A stretch of 64,000 nt of DNA from an uncultured Enterobacteriaceae bacterium (GCA_964430565.1 CAYSFD010000016.1:78902-142901); one strand, 5' to 3'; numbered from the stretch's first letter, positions 1 through 9,723 are shown. Notes: generated from the letters alone by a model not told the origin. Numbers and translations: made by a program.

Positions 1-531
1 AGATACCGCGCCACTCGTCTCCTCTTTGCGAGCGACGAGCTCGAACGCCAGCCACAGCGCCGTCGCATTGAGCGCCAGCAACAACAGCTCCATGAACAGG
101 AGCGGCAGAAAGATGCCGCGCTGGACACTGCCGCTCAATACGAACCTGAAGCCCTCGAACGCGCGCTCGCCCATGCGCGCCTCCAGCGGCAGGGTTTCGA
201 ATGGCGGGAAGATCAGAATCAGCAGCAGATCGGCGATGACCATCCATTGCAGCACGCTCTGCCAGCGAACTCGGGGAAGGGAAGGCTGCTTCGGCGTGCC
301 TTGCAGCAGGACCCAGGCAAGCGCCGCGTTGACGAGCACGGAGAAGATTTCGAGATACAGCATGCCGCTGTTGAGTGTGCCTTTGGCCGGCCAGTCGAAC
401 ACCGGGTAGAAGGCATCGAAGGTGGCCGGGCCCATGCGCCACAGAGGCTGGCTGTCGAACGGCGGGAAAAGCAGCAGCAGCGCCAGATTCGCCAATGCAG
501 CGATCAGCACGGTCAACTGGAATTTATTCAC
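1..531 (-). CDS. hypothetical integral membrane protein; 3' end runs off the window (partial)
   Basis: Absent from the ORF track because it has no stop in the window. My translation of the minus strand from GTG at 529-531 is stop-free down to nt 1 (VNKFQLTVLIAALANLALLLLFPPFDSQPLWRMGPATFDAFYPVFDW...LLILIFPPFETLPLEARMGERAFEGFRFV...). Codon position 3 is mostly G/C, the protein is hydrophobic and it has an internal two-fold repeat. Confidence 0.55.
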   Translation of the reverse strand, partial: MNKFQLTVLIAALANLALLLLFPPFDSQPLWRMGPATFDAFYPVFDWPAKGTLNSGMLYLEIFSVLVNAALAWVLLQGTPKQPSLPRVRWQSVLQWMVIADLLLILIFPPFETLPLEARMGERAFEGFRFVLSGSVQRGIFLPLLFMELLLLALNATALWLAFELVARKEETSGAVS

Positions 532-664
532 GGCGTGGTTCCCTGGTCTTGTTCCGAAGAGCGCGGGCCCATGAGGCCCATGTCTTCAGTCCCGGTGAGC
601 ATGATACGCGATGCCGCGCCTGCGCATTCCCGGGAGAGAGCGGGAGGCGGACATCGTCGCTGGA

Positions 665-1483
665 TCAGCGCGGCCTGTCGCCCGCGAGAGTGATGCGATG
701 CATCACCCGACGGTGCCCGTGATAGTCGTTTACCGGGTTGTGCTGCGTGCAGCGGTTGTCCCAGAACGCGAGCGAGCCCGCGCGCCAGCGGAAGCGGCAG
801 GTGAACTCGGGCCGCACCTCGTGCCGGAACAGGAACGCGAGCAGCGGCGCGCTTTCTTCCTCGGTCATGTCCTTGAAGCGCACGCTGTGGCCGACGTTCA
901 CGTAGAGCGCCTTGCGCCCGGTCTCCGGATGGGTGCGAACGACCGGGTGCTCGGCCATGAACTGCCGGGTCTCGAGGCCCTGTTCCTTGATGCGGTCCTC
1001 GCGCGTGCGCGTGGCATCGGCCTTGGTCGAAGAGTTGACGGCCACTAGGCCGTCCAGGAGCTTGCGCATGCCTTCGGACAGAGCCTCGTAGGCCGCGTAC
1101 TGGTTGGCGAACTCGGTGTCCCCGCCGTAGGGCGGGACCTCGCACGCGAGCAGCATCGAGCCCATCGGCGGAATCTCGAGGTAGGCGGTGTCCGAATGCC
1201 ACAAGCCGCCGAAGTTCTGCCGCTCGTGTTCGAGCTTCTTCACTTCGATGACCTCCGGAAATCCGTCTATGCCCTTGACGAACGGGTATTCGATCGGCTC
1301 GCCCATGCGCCGCGCAAAAGCCATGAACTGCGTGGGGGTGAGCGGCTGGTCGTGAAAGAACACCACCAAGTGCTCGAGGAAGGCGCGCCGGATCGCCACG
1401 ACGGTTTCCTCCGCGAGGTCCCGCCCGAGATCCACCCCGAGGATCTCGGCGCCAAGCGCACCGGAGATGCGCCTGACCTCCAC
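665..1483 (-). CDS. TauD/TfdA-family Fe(II)/2-oxoglutarate dioxygenase
   Basis: 272-aa ORF with GGLWHSDTAY (His-x-Asp iron ligands), GGDTEFAN and a C-terminal HRVMHRITL, all typical of taurine-dioxygenase-like enzymes. Confidence 0.88.
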   Translation of the reverse strand: MEVRRISGALGAEILGVDLGRDLAEETVVAIRRAFLEHLVVFFHDQPLTPTQFMAFARRMGEPIEYPFVKGIDGFPEVIEVKKLEHERQNFGGLWHSDTAYLEIPPMGSMLLACEVPPYGGDTEFANQYAAYEALSEGMRKLLDGLVAVNSSTKADATRTREDRIKEQGLETRQFMAEHPVVRTHPETGRKALYVNVGHSVRFKDMTEEESAPLLAFLFRHEVRPEFTCRFRWRAGSLAFWDNRCTQHNPVNDYHGHRRVMHRITLAGDRPR

Positions 1484-1485
1484 GC

Positions 1486-2448
1486 CTATTGCTCGATCTT
1501 GATGTTCTGGCTCTTGATGATCGAGCCGTAGCGCTCCAGTTGCCGGCGCATGAACGCCGCCATCTCATCGGGTGTGTTCGAAACGGCGTCCAGGCCGAGC
1601 GAAACGAAACGCTCCTTCAGCTCCGGCCCCTGCATGGCCTTCTGGATTTCGCCCGAGAGGCGCACGCGGATCTCGCGCGACGTCCCGGGCGGCGCGGTAT
1701 AGCCGATCCAGGCGCCGATGTCGTACGCCGGGAGGTCGGCCGCTTCCGCGATCGTCGGGACGTCAGGCATGCCGGCGGTGCGCTGCGCGAACGTGGTGCC
1801 GAATGTTTTCAGGCGGCCGCCCTTGATGTGCCCGATGGTCCCGGCCACGGTCTCGATGGTGTAGCCGATCTGGCCGCCAATGATGTCCGTGAGCGCCGGC
1901 GCGCTGCCCTTGTAGGGCACGTGGCGCGCCTTGACCTGCGCCATCGAGTTGAACAGCTCCGTGATCAGGTGCGACGATGCGCCGGTGCCCGAGGACGAGA
2001 ACGTGTACTTGTCCGGATTCGCGCGCAGCTGCGCGATGAATTCCTTCGCGTTCGCCGCCGGGAACGACGGGTGCGTGACCAGCGCGAACGGCACCAGAGC
2101 CACCACGCTGATCGGGGCAAAGTCCCTGTCCGGGTCGTAGGGCGTCTTCTGCAAGTGCGGCATGATCGATATCGGCCCGCTCGACGCCGCCAGCAGCGTG
2201 TAACCGTCGGGCGCGCTCTTCACGGCTGCGTCGGTGCCAATCGAGCCGCCGGCGCCGGCACGGTTGTCGATGATGAACGACTGCCCGAGCGCCTGTTGCA
2301 GCTTCTCGGCCACCACGCGCGCGGCGATGTCGGTGGCCTGCCCCGGCGGCCAGGGCACGATGACTTTCACGGGCCGGTTCGGGTAGCCTTGCGCGAGCGC
2401 GAGCGTGGAAAAAAGCAGTGCGGCGGTGAATGCGGCAAGCTTGGTCAT
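1486..2448 (-). CDS. Bug/TctC-family tripartite tricarboxylate transporter substrate-binding protein
   Basis: Signal peptide MTKLAAFTAALLFSTLALAQGYP, then RPVKVIVPWPPGQATDIAAR and SGTGASSHL, the family hallmarks. Start trimmed from the track's 2520 to the ATG at 2448. Confidence 0.9.
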   Translation of the reverse strand: MTKLAAFTAALLFSTLALAQGYPNRPVKVIVPWPPGQATDIAARVVAEKLQQALGQSFIIDNRAGAGGSIGTDAAVKSAPDGYTLLAASSGPISIMPHLQKTPYDPDRDFAPISVVALVPFALVTHPSFPAANAKEFIAQLRANPDKYTFSSSGTGASSHLITELFNSMAQVKARHVPYKGSAPALTDIIGGQIGYTIETVAGTIGHIKGGRLKTFGTTFAQRTAGMPDVPTIAEAADLPAYDIGAWIGYTAPPGTSREIRVRLSGEIQKAMQGPELKERFVSLGLDAVSNTPDEMAAFMRRQLERYGSIIKSQNIKIEQ

Positions 2449-2629
2449 TTCCCCTCCAGCGTGTGATTTTCGCCCCGACCTTTGGCCAAAGGTACGCGGG
2501 AACGGCCCGGTGACGGGCATCGCGGCAAATCATGCAGTCGCCGGGCACAGCAGGTCAAGCGCGGACGCGCTGCCGCGCTCAGGCGATGTCGGGAACCGGA
2601 TGGTAGGTGAGCGGCAGGCCCACCCGAGG

Positions 2630-3052
2630 CTATCGGATATGCTTTCGCCGCTGTGCTTCGGACACGAACTCTTCCATTTCGGGATCCAGCGCGTTACGAG
2701 CCGAGACGATCCCCACGGGTTTGCCGTTTTCGATCACAGGCACGTGGCGGAAACCGTTCTCGTGCATCATGAGCAGCGCATACCCGAATGTCTTGTTGGG
2801 ATCTACGGTATGCGGTGCGGCCGTCATCACATCGGCCAGGCGCGCGGTCTGCGCATCAAGCCCTCGCGCGATGACGCGAAATACGGCGTCGCGCTCGGTA
2901 AAAATCCCGACCAAGCGTCCCTCTTCGACGACCATGACCGCGCCGACGCTCTTGCTCGCCATCAGCTTGGCGGCTTCGCTGACGGTGGTATCCGGCGGAG
3001 CGGTGAGCATTTTCTTTCGCTCCATCACGCTTCTGACGCGCTGACTGAACAC
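2630..3052 (-). CDS. CBS-domain pair protein
   Basis: 140 aa with two CBS-like halves (VRSVMERKKMLTAPPDTTVSEAAKLM...; LADVMTAAPHTVDPNKTFGYALLMMHENGFRHVPVIENGKPVGIVS). GTG start preceded by GGAGG. Confidence 0.85.
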   Translation of the reverse strand: MFSQRVRSVMERKKMLTAPPDTTVSEAAKLMASKSVGAVMVVEEGRLVGIFTERDAVFRVIARGLDAQTARLADVMTAAPHTVDPNKTFGYALLMMHENGFRHVPVIENGKPVGIVSARNALDPEMEEFVSEAQRRKHIR

Positions 3053-3113
3053 AGCACCTCCGAGCCCATGTACCCGCCCGTTCGCGATACTACGGGCCTG
3101 CTAATTTGCGTTC

Positions 3114-3127
3114 TTGACCTATATCAA
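3114..3127. promoter_or_regulatory. FNR/Anr/Dnr-type box TTGACCTATATCAA
   Basis: Matches the TTGAT-N4-ATCAA consensus with one mismatch. Centred about 68 nt upstream of the CBS-protein start, in a local low-GC patch. Confidence 0.55.
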
Positions 3128-3367
3128 AAGTGCAAGGAATGATTTTATTTTGGGAGTAAGCGCCGCGCACCGTCGCGGAACCGGGAGAACGCCATCGCTT
3201 GTTCGCTGACGCATGACAGCGAAGCGTCCGACGACTACTGCGGCGAACGCGCGGTTTGCCCCGGGAATTTGTAATAGGTTGCCGGGCCGCTGACTCCACC
3301 TTCGATCCGGACTCGACGCATCGCCCTCTCAGGCCATAAAGTGTGGATTCCGAACGCGGACGGCACG

Positions 3368-3381
3368 TTGATATAGGTCAA
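3368..3381. promoter_or_regulatory. FNR/Anr/Dnr-type box TTGATATAGGTCAA (exact reverse complement of the 3114-3127 site)
   Basis: Same 14-mer in inverted orientation, 254 nt from the first copy. No obvious target gene. Confidence 0.45.
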
Positions 3382-3484
3382 ACGTCCGCAAGGGACGACC
3401 TTGTCATTGAGGCTCCCTGTGGTCCACCCGGGGCTCAGCTGCCTGCTCGGTCGGCGAACCGGTACGCCCCTTTCACCACTGTTC

Positions 3485-6205
3485 TTACCCCTGGCGACGA
3501 ACCCGGACTGCAGCGATGATTTTCTCCAGTCGCCGGCGCGACACCTCATCGGGGCGGGGCGTGGCGGCGGCGTCACGCAACCAGCGCTCGATGTCCGCCG
3601 GCGTGGTCGCGGCCCGGCGGCCTTCCATCGCGTCTTTCAGCGCGCGCATTTTCAATTGTTGCCGCGCGGCCGTGAACTCGCTCGGGGTGTCGACGCCGCA
3701 GGCGACTTCGAGGTTCAACAGCGTAACGGGCAGGCCTGCATCAGAGCCCATGCCGGATCGGGGGCCGGGCTGAGGGTCAGCCTTGGGAGAGGAAATGCCA
3801 CGGAAACGCGCTTCCATACCGGGTTTCCAGGCATCGGGGAGATTTTCAACGGCGCTCCAGCGGGCCTCCAGGTCGGGCGTGACTTCGCCCGCCGCTTCGC
3901 GCTCATCGCAAAGCCGCATGGTCGCAATGAGCGCATCAAAGCGCGAATGCGCCGCATAGTCGGCAATGTCGCGCAGCCGCGTCGTCGCCGCATCGCGCGC
4001 GGCGCGGTAGCGCGCATCCAGCCCGGCGGCGTGCGACCTGGCGACTTCGGCGCAGGCGCGCCAGGCCGTCTCGGCGTTCGCCAGCGCCCGCTTGATCTCC
4101 GGCGTGCTGCGGGTGGAATTCGCGGCGGGAAGCGCGAGTAGGCTCTCGATGATCGCTTCGCGCGCCTTGATCTGTTCGCCGGCTGCGGTTTCCCGGGCGG
4201 CGCGAGCGGCGTCGCGCGCGGTGAACAGGGCATCCGTAGCCGCTTTGAACGCGCTCCACAGCGCGTTCTCTTCGCGTCGCGGCAAAGGCAGGGCCTTGGC
4301 ATGGGCTTGCCATTGCGCTTGCAGCCCACGCCCCTTGTCGATCGCATCCCGCGCGAGCGGCTTCGACTCGCCGAGGTTCTTCGCTTCGGCGATAAGTCGT
4401 TCACGCTCCTGGCTTGCCTCGCGATAGGCTTGGGTCAGCGGGGCTTCCAGGGCCTGGAGGGCTGCCGCGTAACGCGTCGTCACCGCGTGGTCGCCCTTTT
4501 GTGACTTGCGCGGCACGGTGTGCTCCACCGGCCCCAATTTACGCCAATCGATTTTGGCTTCTTCAAGGACGCGCGCAATCGCGCGCCAGTCCGGCCGGCT
4601 GCCTGCGGGCGAGGCAGGAGCAGGAGAGTCCCCCTCTTGCGGCGCGGCGGGGAAAAATTTCGCTCGCGCATTGGCGAGGCCATCGATCACCCGGTTGCGT
4701 GCGACGAGATTCTCGTTGCGCGCAACTTTGAGTTTTCCCAGATGCGCCGCCACCGGCACGTAGGCGGCCTTCAAGGCGCCGTCAAAGGCGAGCCATAATG
4801 TCTTGTTGGTCGCGCCGCCCAGCTTGTCCAGTTCTTTCCAGCGGTCGCGCAGTTTGTCGATGGCATCGGCATGGGCCTTGAGCGCGACTTTTTCGCCGGC
4901 CATTCTGGCGAGAGCCTGCGCCTCGGCGACCAGTTCCTCGCGCCGCTGTCCGCCGCTCCAGCGCTGCCAGTCGCGCAGGCGCAGCTGTTCCTGGCGGAGG
5001 GATTCGATGCGCCGGGCAAGCGCGGCGTTCACCGGGCCGGGTTTGAGCGCGTCATCGATCACCGTCATCAGGCGCGTCAGTTCCGCCACCTGCCCTGCGG
5101 CGTGCGCCGCTTCGGCCGACTCGACATGACGCTGCATCGCGCCGAGACGCTGTTTCCTTTGTTCGTCACTCAACTCGCGTTCGTGCGCTCGGCGCGCATC
5201 GCGGTCGCGTTGCCGTTCCTGGCTGCGCGCATTGCGCCAATCGGAAAAACGACGCGCGAACAAGGTCTGCAATTCACCGTCTGAAACTTCCGGAAAACTG
5301 CGCCATTGCTCGATCTTCGCCTTTTCATCCGCTTCATCCGCAACGCCCGCAGCAGGCAGGGATTGCAGAAATTCGGCGCGCTGCACCACGCTGGAGGCGA
5401 GTGCCAGCGCATGATTGGCGGCATCGGTTTTCTCGATGCAGCGCGCATCGATCGCCGCACCGCTCGCGTCGGGAATCTGGTTCAGCAAGTGCTGCAGGGC
5501 CGCCGCCAGGGTGGCCGGCGCGCCCGACGGCACCGACGGTATTGGCGATGTCGGCGCCGCCGCACCCCGCGCCACACCGGCGAGACTCGCGCTCAGGGCA
5601 TGCATCGCGATGTCGGTGGCGGCAAGCCAGCGCGCAAGCGCCTGTTCACCCTCGCCGCGCTCACGCACTCGGGCGCCCAGTCGCGCGCGCACAGCTGCAA
5701 ATTCGGTCACCAGCGCTTCATCGAGCAAGGCGACGTTCAACGCCGCCCAGGCACGATCCAGTTCCGCGACGCGATTGGCGGGAATCCTCTCCTGCTCGAT
5801 CAGGGTGTGCGCGCCTGCAATCAGGACCCGGGCTTCGCCGACGGCTTCGCGTTTGGCGACCGCTGCCTGCCAGCGCGACTTTGCGGCGCGAAGCAGGCGC
5901 TTGTCCTGATCGCGAAATTCGCGCAACGCCTGTTTCAGCGCATCTTCCTGCGTCAGGGCTGCCAGCGCGGCGAGCTTCAACTCGATGCCGGGCGCCTGAT
6001 GTGCCAATTGCAGCAGCGCCCTGTCGTCCGCTTCTGCCGCAAGTATCCTGTCTCGCCAAGCTTGCAGTTCGGCTTCAGAAATCCCCGACACAGACTGCGC
6101 GCCGATCTGATGCGGCGCTCCGCCCGGCGAGAGGGCAGGCGTGCTGCCCGGCGGCGTCGCCGCCAGAACGAGCACCACGTCTTTCTTGAACACTTTTCCG
6201 GACAT
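3485..6205 (-). CDS. DUF349-like large helical repeat protein
   Basis: 906 aa, Ala/Arg/Glu-rich, with recurring W..F/W..W helical repeat units (ALWSAFKAATDALF, TLWLAFDGALKAAY, IEQWRSFPEV, DRWKELDKL) as in DUF349 proteins. Confidence 0.7.
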   Translation of the reverse strand: MSGKVFKKDVVLVLAATPPGSTPALSPGGAPHQIGAQSVSGISEAELQAWRDRILAAEADDRALLQLAHQAPGIELKLAALAALTQEDALKQALREFRDQDKRLLRAAKSRWQAAVAKREAVGEARVLIAGAHTLIEQERIPANRVAELDRAWAALNVALLDEALVTEFAAVRARLGARVRERGEGEQALARWLAATDIAMHALSASLAGVARGAAAPTSPIPSVPSGAPATLAAALQHLLNQIPDASGAAIDARCIEKTDAANHALALASSVVQRAEFLQSLPAAGVADEADEKAKIEQWRSFPEVSDGELQTLFARRFSDWRNARSQERQRDRDARRAHERELSDEQRKQRLGAMQRHVESAEAAHAAGQVAELTRLMTVIDDALKPGPVNAALARRIESLRQEQLRLRDWQRWSGGQRREELVAEAQALARMAGEKVALKAHADAIDKLRDRWKELDKLGGATNKTLWLAFDGALKAAYVPVAAHLGKLKVARNENLVARNRVIDGLANARAKFFPAAPQEGDSPAPASPAGSRPDWRAIARVLEEAKIDWRKLGPVEHTVPRKSQKGDHAVTTRYAAALQALEAPLTQAYREASQERERLIAEAKNLGESKPLARDAIDKGRGLQAQWQAHAKALPLPRREENALWSAFKAATDALFTARDAARAARETAAGEQIKAREAIIESLLALPAANSTRSTPEIKRALANAETAWRACAEVARSHAAGLDARYRAARDAATTRLRDIADYAAHSRFDALIATMRLCDEREAAGEVTPDLEARWSAVENLPDAWKPGMEARFRGISSPKADPQPGPRSGMGSDAGLPVTLLNLEVACGVDTPSEFTAARQQLKMRALKDAMEGRRAATTPADIERWLRDAAATPRPDEVSRRRLEKIIAAVRVRRQG

Positions 6206-6399
6206 GCCGCAAGCGCCGTGATTGAGACAGGTCTATTTTGTGACACCGTTCAGAGTCATGCAACTCCGTTGCAGCGATCGAGTCCGCAAGACACGAAGGT
6301 ACGAAAGCCTCTTGCTCTTCCACCCACAGCGTAAAGGCCATGCGCCAATCTTCCATCCGGGCGCTACAATCCTGAACGATGCGCAAACGGAGAATGCCG

Positions 6400-7377
6400 A
6401 TGTCCAAACCGGTGTTGAGTGCCGTATTGGCGCTGGTCGCCTTCACCGCGCCGGCTCTCGCGCAGGACTGGCCGGCGCGGCGGGCAGTCACCATGGTCGT
6501 GCCCTACGCCGCCGGAGGCCCGGTCGATACCGTCGGACGCATCCTCGCGTCGGGCTTGAGCGAGACCCTGGGCCAGCAGGTGACCGTGGAGAACGTCGGC
6601 GGGGCGGGCGGCATGACGGGCGCGAGCCGCGTCGCGAAGGCCGCGCCCGACGGCTATGTTTTTCTCCTCGCCGGCACCGCCACCCTCGCGCAGATCCCGA
6701 CCATGTACAAGAAGCCGCTCTACGACTCCGTGGCCGACTTTGCGCCGGTCGCCCTGGTCGCGGACTCGGCGAGGGTGCTGATCGCGCGCAAGGACCTTCC
6801 ACCGAATACGCTTGCCGAATTCATCGCCTATGCGAAAGCGAACCAGGAGAAAATGCAGTACGGGTCGGCCGGAGCCGGCTCGGGGACGCACGTGTGCGCC
6901 ATCCTGCTCGACTCGGCCATGGGCACCCGCATCACTCACATTCCGTACCGCGGCGCCGGGCCGGCCATGCAGGATCTCATCGCCGGGCGTCTGGACTACA
7001 TCTGCGAGCAGATCTCGACCGCGCTCCCGCTGATCCAGGGGAACAGAGTGAAGGCGGTCGCGACGCTGAGCTTGAGCCGCGCGCCGGGGCTCGCGAATCT
7101 CCCGACGGCGCACGAGCAGGGCCTCGCCGATTTCGACTGCAGCTCCTGGTCCGCCTTCGTCTATCCGAAGGGGACACCCGAAGCGATCGTCCGCCGCCTC
7201 GCCAAGGCGGCAAGCGAGACCGTCGACCGCGCGTCCGTGCGCGCGCGCCTGGAAACCGTGGGCGTGACCATCCCGGCGCCGGAGCGTCGGAGCCCCGAAT
7301 ACCTGACCAGGTACATCCCGAGCGAAATCGAAAAATGGGCGGGACCGATCAAGGCGAGCGGGGTGCCTGCGGATTGA
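6400..7377 (+). CDS. Bug/TctC-family substrate-binding protein
   Basis: Signal peptide MSKPVLSAVLALVAFTAPALAQDWP, then VTMVVPYAAGGPVDTVGR and GAGSGTHV. The track ORF starts at 6379; the ATG at 6400 follows GGAGA. Confidence 0.88.
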   Translation: MSKPVLSAVLALVAFTAPALAQDWPARRAVTMVVPYAAGGPVDTVGRILASGLSETLGQQVTVENVGGAGGMTGASRVAKAAPDGYVFLLAGTATLAQIPTMYKKPLYDSVADFAPVALVADSARVLIARKDLPPNTLAEFIAYAKANQEKMQYGSAGAGSGTHVCAILLDSAMGTRITHIPYRGAGPAMQDLIAGRLDYICEQISTALPLIQGNRVKAVATLSLSRAPGLANLPTAHEQGLADFDCSSWSAFVYPKGTPEAIVRRLAKAASETVDRASVRARLETVGVTIPAPERRSPEYLTRYIPSEIEKWAGPIKASGVPAD

Positions 7378-7409
7378 TGCGGGACCACAGGCACCGGCTT
7401 GCAATACTC

Positions 7410-8528
7410 CTAACCCTTCAACCTCGGCACCAGATTCATCGCATTCCCGCTCTCGATGCCCTGCACTGTCGCCTCCGGCAGCCCGAGCTTCCTCAGCGCG
7501 GCGGCCTGGGTGTCGATGGGCACGTAGGGGTAGTCGCTGCCGAAGGTGATCTGTGATTCGGGGATGAGCTTCAGGAGCGCCGCCATCGACGCGGGGTGCG
7601 TGGCGTTGGCGGTGTCGTAGTACAGGCGCTGGAACTCCGCCTCGTAGCCCGCGGGCGCGATGGTCTTGGCGTCGGGTCGGAACTTGAAGAAATAGTCCAT
7701 GCGCCCCGCCAGCATTGGCACGGTGCCGCCGGCATGGCTGAACAGCCACTTGATGTCGCGGTTGCGCGCAAGCGTGCCCGAGAGCAGCAGGCTCACCACC
7801 GCGCGCGTGGTGTCGTGCGGCACCTCGATCACCGCGGGGAAGGTGCCCACCGACAGGCGTCCGCAGCAGGCGGCGACCAGCGGATGGAAGTACACCACCG
7901 CCTTCCTGCGGTTCAACTCCTCGAACACCGGCTTATAAACCGGGTCGCCGGGCCACTTGTCGCCGTAGTTGGTCTGCAGGCCCACGCCGTCGGCCTTGAG
8001 CACGTCGAAGGCATAGGCGATTTCCTTCAGGCTCGCATCCACGTCGATCATGGGCAGCGTGGCGAACAGACCGAAGCGCCCGGGGTGGTCGCGCACCATC
8101 TTCGCGCCGTACTCGTTGCAGATGCGCGCCATCGCCGCCGCGGCGGGCGCGCCCGCGTCGAACCACACACCGGGCGTGGAGGCGAGCGAAAGGATGCCGG
8201 TGCGCACGCCCGCCTTGTCCATCTGGGCGAGCGCCTTCTCCACCGACCAGCCCACCTGCTGGGTGAAGTGCGGGATCTTGCGCGCGTCTTCCCAGTCGAG
8301 CCACGCCTTCTGGTATTCGGGCGGATAGAAATGGTGGTGGGTGTCGATCAGCCTGGGCGCGCCCGCGGAGCCGCCGCCCATGCCGGAGCAGGCGGGCAGC
8401 GCGCTCGCCGCGCCCAGCGCCGAGAGCGCCTTGATGAAGCCGCGGCGCGTGCCGAGGGGGCCCGAATCTCCGGTGCAATCGCAGGCGTGGGCGGCCTGCG
8501 TGCATGAGCTGCTCGTGCGTAATGCCAT
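7410..8528 (-). CDS. amidohydrolase-2 (ACMSD-like) family metal-dependent hydrolase with a Tat-type export signal
   Basis: [24 protein letters not shown] and FGSDYPY motifs. N-terminus carries [21 protein letters not shown]. The ATG at 8528 is preceded by AAGGAGGAG; the track ORF extends spuriously to 8771. Confidence 0.82.
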   Translation of the reverse strand: MALRTSSSCTQAAHACDCTGDSGPLGTRRGFIKALSALGAASALPACSGMGGGSAGAPRLIDTHHHFYPPEYQKAWLDWEDARKIPHFTQQVGWSVEKALAQMDKAGVRTGILSLASTPGVWFDAGAPAAAAMARICNEYGAKMVRDHPGRFGLFATLPMIDVDASLKEIAYAFDVLKADGVGLQTNYGDKWPGDPVYKPVFEELNRRKAVVYFHPLVAACCGRLSVGTFPAVIEVPHDTTRAVVSLLLSGTLARNRDIKWLFSHAGGTVPMLAGRMDYFFKFRPDAKTIAPAGYEAEFQRLYYDTANATHPASMAALLKLIPESQITFGSDYPYVPIDTQAAALRKLGLPEATVQGIESGNAMNLVPRLKG

Positions 8529-8638
8529 GGTGTCTCCTCCTTTGGGCTTGGGCGTTTCGCGCTTTGGAGTCACCGTATCACGGCCGGTGCGGATGGGGCA
8601 ACGTGCATCGCGGCTACCCGCTTCAGGCCCCCTGAAAA

Positions 8639-9319
8639 TCAGCGCGCTTCCATAGCGCGGATGAAATCCGCCAGCCGCCGCCCGGCTTCGTCCGGGTAGC
8701 GGCGCTCGAGCGCCTCGAGCCCTGCGATCCGGTCCACCCGGAAATTGCGGAAGTCCTCGCGCCGCTCGCACCAGGCGCCTAGGGTCCAGCTGCGGCCCCA
8801 GAAGTAGAGCGCGAGCGGCCAGACGTCGCGCTCGCTCGGCTTTCCGCCGGCATCGCGGTAGTCCAGGCGCAGCACGCGCCGCGCGCCGATCGCATCGCGC
8901 ACCGATTCCAATTGCTGCATGGCCCGGCCGTCCACGTGGAACGCCGGCGCGTAGAGGCGGGTCTTCTCCACGGCGACGCGCCGGTCGGCTGGGAGCGCCG
9001 CGACGATCTTCTCGATCGCGGTGCGCGCCGATTCGGCGAGCACCGGCCCGCCCCAGGCCTCCACCATGCGCGCGCCCACCGCGAGCGCCTCGATCTCGTT
9101 CAGCGTGAACATGAGCGGCGGAACATCGAACCCCGCGCGCAGCTGGTAGCCGACGCCCGCCTCGCCTTCGATCGGGACACCCGAGAGCGACAGGTCGCGC
9201 ACGTCGCGATAGACCGTGCGCAGCGACACGCCGAGCCGGCCCGCCAGGAACGCGGCCGTCGTGAGGCGGCGGCCGCGCAGGAACTGGACGATCTGGAACA
9301 GCCGGTCGGCGCGCCGCAT
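8639..9319 (-). CDS. YafY-family transcriptional regulator (N-terminal HTH plus WYL domain)
   Basis: [43 protein letters not shown] (HTH), then [50 protein letters not shown] (WYL-type). Confidence 0.85.
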   Translation of the reverse strand: MRRADRLFQIVQFLRGRRLTTAAFLAGRLGVSLRTVYRDVRDLSLSGVPIEGEAGVGYQLRAGFDVPPLMFTLNEIEALAVGARMVEAWGGPVLAESARTAIEKIVAALPADRRVAVEKTRLYAPAFHVDGRAMQQLESVRDAIGARRVLRLDYRDAGGKPSERDVWPLALYFWGRSWTLGAWCERREDFRNFRVDRIAGLEALERRYPDEAGRRLADFIRAMEAR

Positions 9320-9326
9320 GGCCTCG

Positions 9327-9695
9327 CTAGCTCATCGCGTGCAGCCCGATGCGGTTGCCTTCGCAGTCCGACACGTGGGCGATGAAGCCCTGGTTGCCGG
9401 GCAGGGCCATCTTTGGCATGAGCAGCTTCGCGCCGGCGGCGGCCGCGCGCTTGAGCGTTGCGTCGATGCCGGGCTCGGCCGCGAGATAGGTCACCGTTCC
9501 CTTCCCCGAGGGCTCGTAGCCTTCGCCCTTCATCAGGCAGCCGCCGATGCCGTCCGCGGCGTGCGGGAACAGGGCGATTTCGTAGGGGCCGAAGGTCTCG
9601 GGCTTGAGTTTGCCGTCGAGCAGCTTCTCGTAGAAGGCGGTTGCGCGCTTCAGATCGGATACCGCGATTTCGCTCCAGACCACTGCGTTCTTCAT
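9327..9695 (-). CDS. VOC/glyoxalase-family protein
   Basis: MKNAVVWSEIAVSDLKRATAFYEKLL...GFIAHVSDCEGNRIGLH. The ATG at 9695 is preceded by AAGGAGA. Lies 7 nt upstream of yafY, so likely co-transcribed. Confidence 0.82.
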   Translation of the reverse strand: MKNAVVWSEIAVSDLKRATAFYEKLLDGKLKPETFGPYEIALFPHAADGIGGCLMKGEGYEPSGKGTVTYLAAEPGIDATLKRAAAAGAKLLMPKMALPGNQGFIAHVSDCEGNRIGLHAMS

Positions 9696-9723
9696 TTCAG
9701 TCTCCTTCGAGGTGAAGTGCGGG

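Noticed and set aside
3090-3299. 69-aa highly basic minus-strand ORF between the two FNR boxes
   Set aside because: Codon third positions are frequently A/T, unlike real genes here. It has no SD and reads straight through the FNR box, so it is more likely non-coding.
3270-3360. Weak resemblance of GGGCCGCTGACTCCACCTTCGATCCGGACTCGACGC to a tmRNA 5' end
   Set aside because: There is no CCA-terminated acceptor/T-arm partner, no resume-codon or tag reading frame, and the available non-coding space (about 430 nt, partly promoter) shows no other tmRNA landmarks.
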